Shown in pieces: positions 60,755 through 64,000 of a stretch of 64,000 nucleotides of DNA. The translations under genes and the position numbers were made by a program. Source of the DNA: Chiloscyllium plagiosum. Its lineage: Eukaryota. The stretch is from positions 11,140,704-11,204,703 of the forward strand of contig NC_057727.1 in NCBI RefSeq assembly GCF_004010195.1, given 5' to 3'. How positions within the stretch are numbered: the first letter of the stretch is position 1; every line of letters starts with the position of its first letter. The notes beneath the pieces are model-generated. The model had not been told where the DNA came from. It did no database searches and saw only the letters and a list, made by a program, of their open reading frames with translations.

Positions 60755-63550
60755 GTACAAAGAGCAGTACAGAACAGGCCCTTCAGCCCACCAAGCCTGC
60801 CTTTCTAAACTAAAAAGCTTTTTGTCTTTATGCAGTCCATATCTCTCTTCCCCACCTTTTCATATTTTGTCAAGTTGCTTCTTTAAATGTTGCTACTACT
60901 ACGTCTGGCAGTACATCCTAGGCATTTACAACCCTCTGTTTTCTTAAAAAAGCCTCTGGCGTCTTCTTTAAACTTCTCCATTTTATCTTAAAATTATGTT
61001 CCCTGGTAATTGATCTTTATACCCTGGGAAAAAGACTCTGCCTATCCATTCTCTTTCAGCCTCTTGTAAACCTCCTATCAGATTGCCCCTCAAACGTTCA
61101 CATGGTCATAAACCAGTTCTCCCCCCCCCCCCCCCCCAATCTTTCCTCATACAAGATAGCCTCCAAACTTGGCAACATCCTGATAAACCTTTTCTGTACT
61201 CATTTTAAAGCCTCCAGATCCTCCTGGAGGTGTGGTGACCAGAAGTTCTGTCTGCCATTTCTTTACCCAAGTCTTCAGCCTATCTGTAGCCTGCTGTATC
61301 CTCTGATCTTCGTAAGTTACCACATCTTCCCCCAATCTGTGAGATGTGCAAACCTAGTAATCAGACCATGTCTACGTTTTCTTCGAAATAATTATCCCAG
61401 CAGAACATCTCTTTTCTCATCTCCAGTCAGAAAAAACCCTTCTACTGCTACTTTGTCTTCTATGACCATGCTAGTTCTGTATCTATCTTACCACCTCACC
61501 ATAGATCCCATGTGACTTCACTTTCTGTATCAGCCTGCCATGAAGGACCTTGCCGAAGGTCTTGCTAAACTGTGTATACAGCATTTATTGCTCTGCCCTC
61601 GATCATTTTTGACCCTTCTCAAAAATCTTGATCAAACTTGAGACGTAACCTCTCCAAGAAAGTAATGTTCTGCTGTCTGTCAATAATAAGCCCATTATTT
61701 TCCAAATGTGAGTAAATCCTGACTCTAAGAACCTTGTCCCATAATTTTCCTACCACTGACCTAAGACTTGCTGCCCTTAATTTAATGGATTATCCTTGTT
61801 GCCCATCTTAAAGGAACAATGTTGGCTATTCTCCAATCCTATGGGACCTCACTTGTGACTAAAGAAGATACAAAAATTTCATTTAAGACCCCAGTAGTTT
61901 CTTCCCTCTCTTCTGGGATAGATACCATCAGGACATGGAGACTTGCCTATCTTAATGCTTTTTAAAACATCCAACACAATTTTTTTAATATCGACATGTC
62001 TGACAATATCAATGTATCCCTCTTTAGACTCACCATCCACTGTCTCCTGCTTTGTGAATTCCAGTGCAAAACATTTAAGGACCTCACCCACTTCCTCTTA
62101 CTCCATGCATAAATTTTCTCCTTTGTCCTTGAGTGGATTCACCCTTTCCCTCTGTACTCTGTTGGTCTGTAGGTTCTCCTAATTCCCTGTTTAAGTTCTT
62201 CCCTGCTTTCTTTATGTTCTTTGAGACTCTGTCTTCAGTTTCCTAAGCCTTAGGTAGGCTTCCTTTTCCTTTGACTAAGCTTGCAGTTTCTCTTGTTCAA
62301 AAGTTCCCAAATTGTACCATCCTTATTGTTCATTTTCATGGGAATATGCTGGTGTTGAACACTAATCAACTGACCTTAGAAGCTACCCAGAAAACACATG
62401 TGAATTTGCCCTCAAGCAGCTGCCCCCAATCTACATTTACTAGTTCCTTCCTGGTCTTGTCACAGTTAACCTTCTACCAATTTAATACTTGCGCCTGAGG
62501 ACTGATCTTATCTATAACCAAGTTAAAATTTATGAAATTACTATCACTTCCCAAGGTACTTTCCCAATGACTCTTCAATCACCTGGCTGGGGTCATTGCC
62601 CAGAATCAGCCCTAATATGGCCTCTTCCTTAATTGAACTATTTACCAATTGCTTGTCATTTAACTGATTTGGATGAGAGTATGGAAGGCATGGTTAATAA
62701 GTTTACAGACAAAATTGGTGGCATAGATGTTGAAGGTTTTCTTGGGTTTTAAAGAGATTTTGATCAAATGGGTCAATGGGCTGAAAAATGAGCAGTTGAA
62801 GTTCAGTTTAGATAAATGCGAGAGATTGCAAGAACAAACGGGTCGGACTTAAATAATTAATGTTAGTATTGTTATAGGACAGAGGGGCCTAGGGGTTCAG
62901 GTTCATCATTCTTTGAAGTCCGCATCACATTTAGATTGTGGTTAAGAAGGCATTTAGCACACTTGTCGTCTTTGCTCACTCCTTTTGAGTATAGGAGTTT
63001 TAGGAAGACATTTCAGATTGTACAGGACATTGGTGAGGCCTCTTTTGGAGTACTGTGTCCAGTTCTGGTCACCTGTTATATGTGGGATATTATTAAGCTA
63101 GAGACTTATCAGGATGTTTCCAGATGTGGAAAGTTTCTTGGTATGGAAAGAAAGATTGGATGGGCTGGGACTTGCTTTACTTAAGCATAGGTTGAGAGGT
63201 GACTATTTATAGAATCATGAGAGGTATAGGTAGGGTTAATGGTAGGTGCCTTTTCCATAAAATGGGGATTTCAAAAACATGGGGCATATATTTAAGGTGG
63301 GAGGAGAGAGATTTAAAAAAGATGTGGGGCAAATTTTTAACACAGCGGATGGTGGTTTTAGTGTGGAATGAACTTCCTGAGGAAGTGGTGGATGCAAGCA
63401 AAGTTAGTGTTTTAAAAGACATTTAGGTAAGTGCATGAATAGGAAAAGTTTGGAGGCATGTGGACCAGGTCCAGGCAGATAGGAATTATTTAGTTATGTT
63501 CGGCATAGATTAATTGGATTGAAGGGTCTGTTTCCATGCTATATGTCTTT
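60755..63550. mobile_element. CR1 LINE fragments (~60755-62650 -, ~62660-63550 +)
   Basis: KSP.PDGIYPR motif (ORF 61879-62091), YRIMRGI.RV...WNELPEEVV (ORF 63199-63426) and HER1-like tail at ~63520-63545. Confidence 0.82.
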
Positions 63551-64000
63551 CTAAGAACCCTTGTGAACACACCTAACCCGGATGTTTCTTTTGGTCTGTG
63601 TCTCAAAGATGTTATCTTTGATTATTTTTTTAAAAAAAAGTTCTGACAGCCTTCAGAGACTTTGCTTGTTCTTTATTCGAGAGTCTGTGTGCTCAAGTTT
63701 GTTTTTTTTCACCAAAGCCCATCACTGTCCAGCTTGATGTTAATCATTGTTTGATATATTTCTGTATTTTGATCAGTGGTTGCTGAATATTTAGTATGAT
63801 GCAATAGTGCTTATGACCTTACTCCAAAACAATGCCCCCCCTGCCCCGCCCCTCTAGTTTTCAACTGCAACAAACTCATTTGGAAGATTGATTGTTTCAG
63901 GACTCTACAAGGAGATTCGATACTTTGAGAGATTTTAAGCAAATATTGTATTGCACTGTATAGAGATGTGAAAATGTATTTTGCAAACCTTACGTTGTAC

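Overview
Eukaryotic, AT-rich, repeat-dense vertebrate DNA, almost certainly a shark (elasmobranch HE1-type V-SINEs, HER1/CR1 LINEs, Deu-domain SINEs), with three assembly gaps. Three spliced protein-coding genes were reconstructed by hand with GT-AG junctions and consistent phases: TCTA (+, 3 coding exons 1817-2030/15309-15363/17334-17376, 103 aa, complete), GLYCTK glycerate kinase (-, 4 coding exons 42448-42057/39621-39470/37152-36977/34233-33319, 544 aa, complete) and the first 3 coding exons of WDR82 (+, 51461-51621/55409-55506/60616-60682). WDR82 intron 2 hosts a let-7g-type microRNA hairpin with a variant mature sequence (AGAGGUAGUUGUUUGUACAGUU). The most interesting non-gene signal is a set of at least three Penelope-like retroelement families (RT + GIY-YIG fragments and short non-autonomous derivatives) whose 3' ends carry minimal hammerhead-ribozyme cores (CUGAUGA-stem II-GAAA, with a self-complementary ACGU or AGCU in place of stem III). 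These occur as inverted pairs and nested insertions with 13-15 bp target-site duplications. Most other ORFs in the track are repeat-derived or spurious. Comparisons with human or zebrafish sequences are from memory, not from a search.
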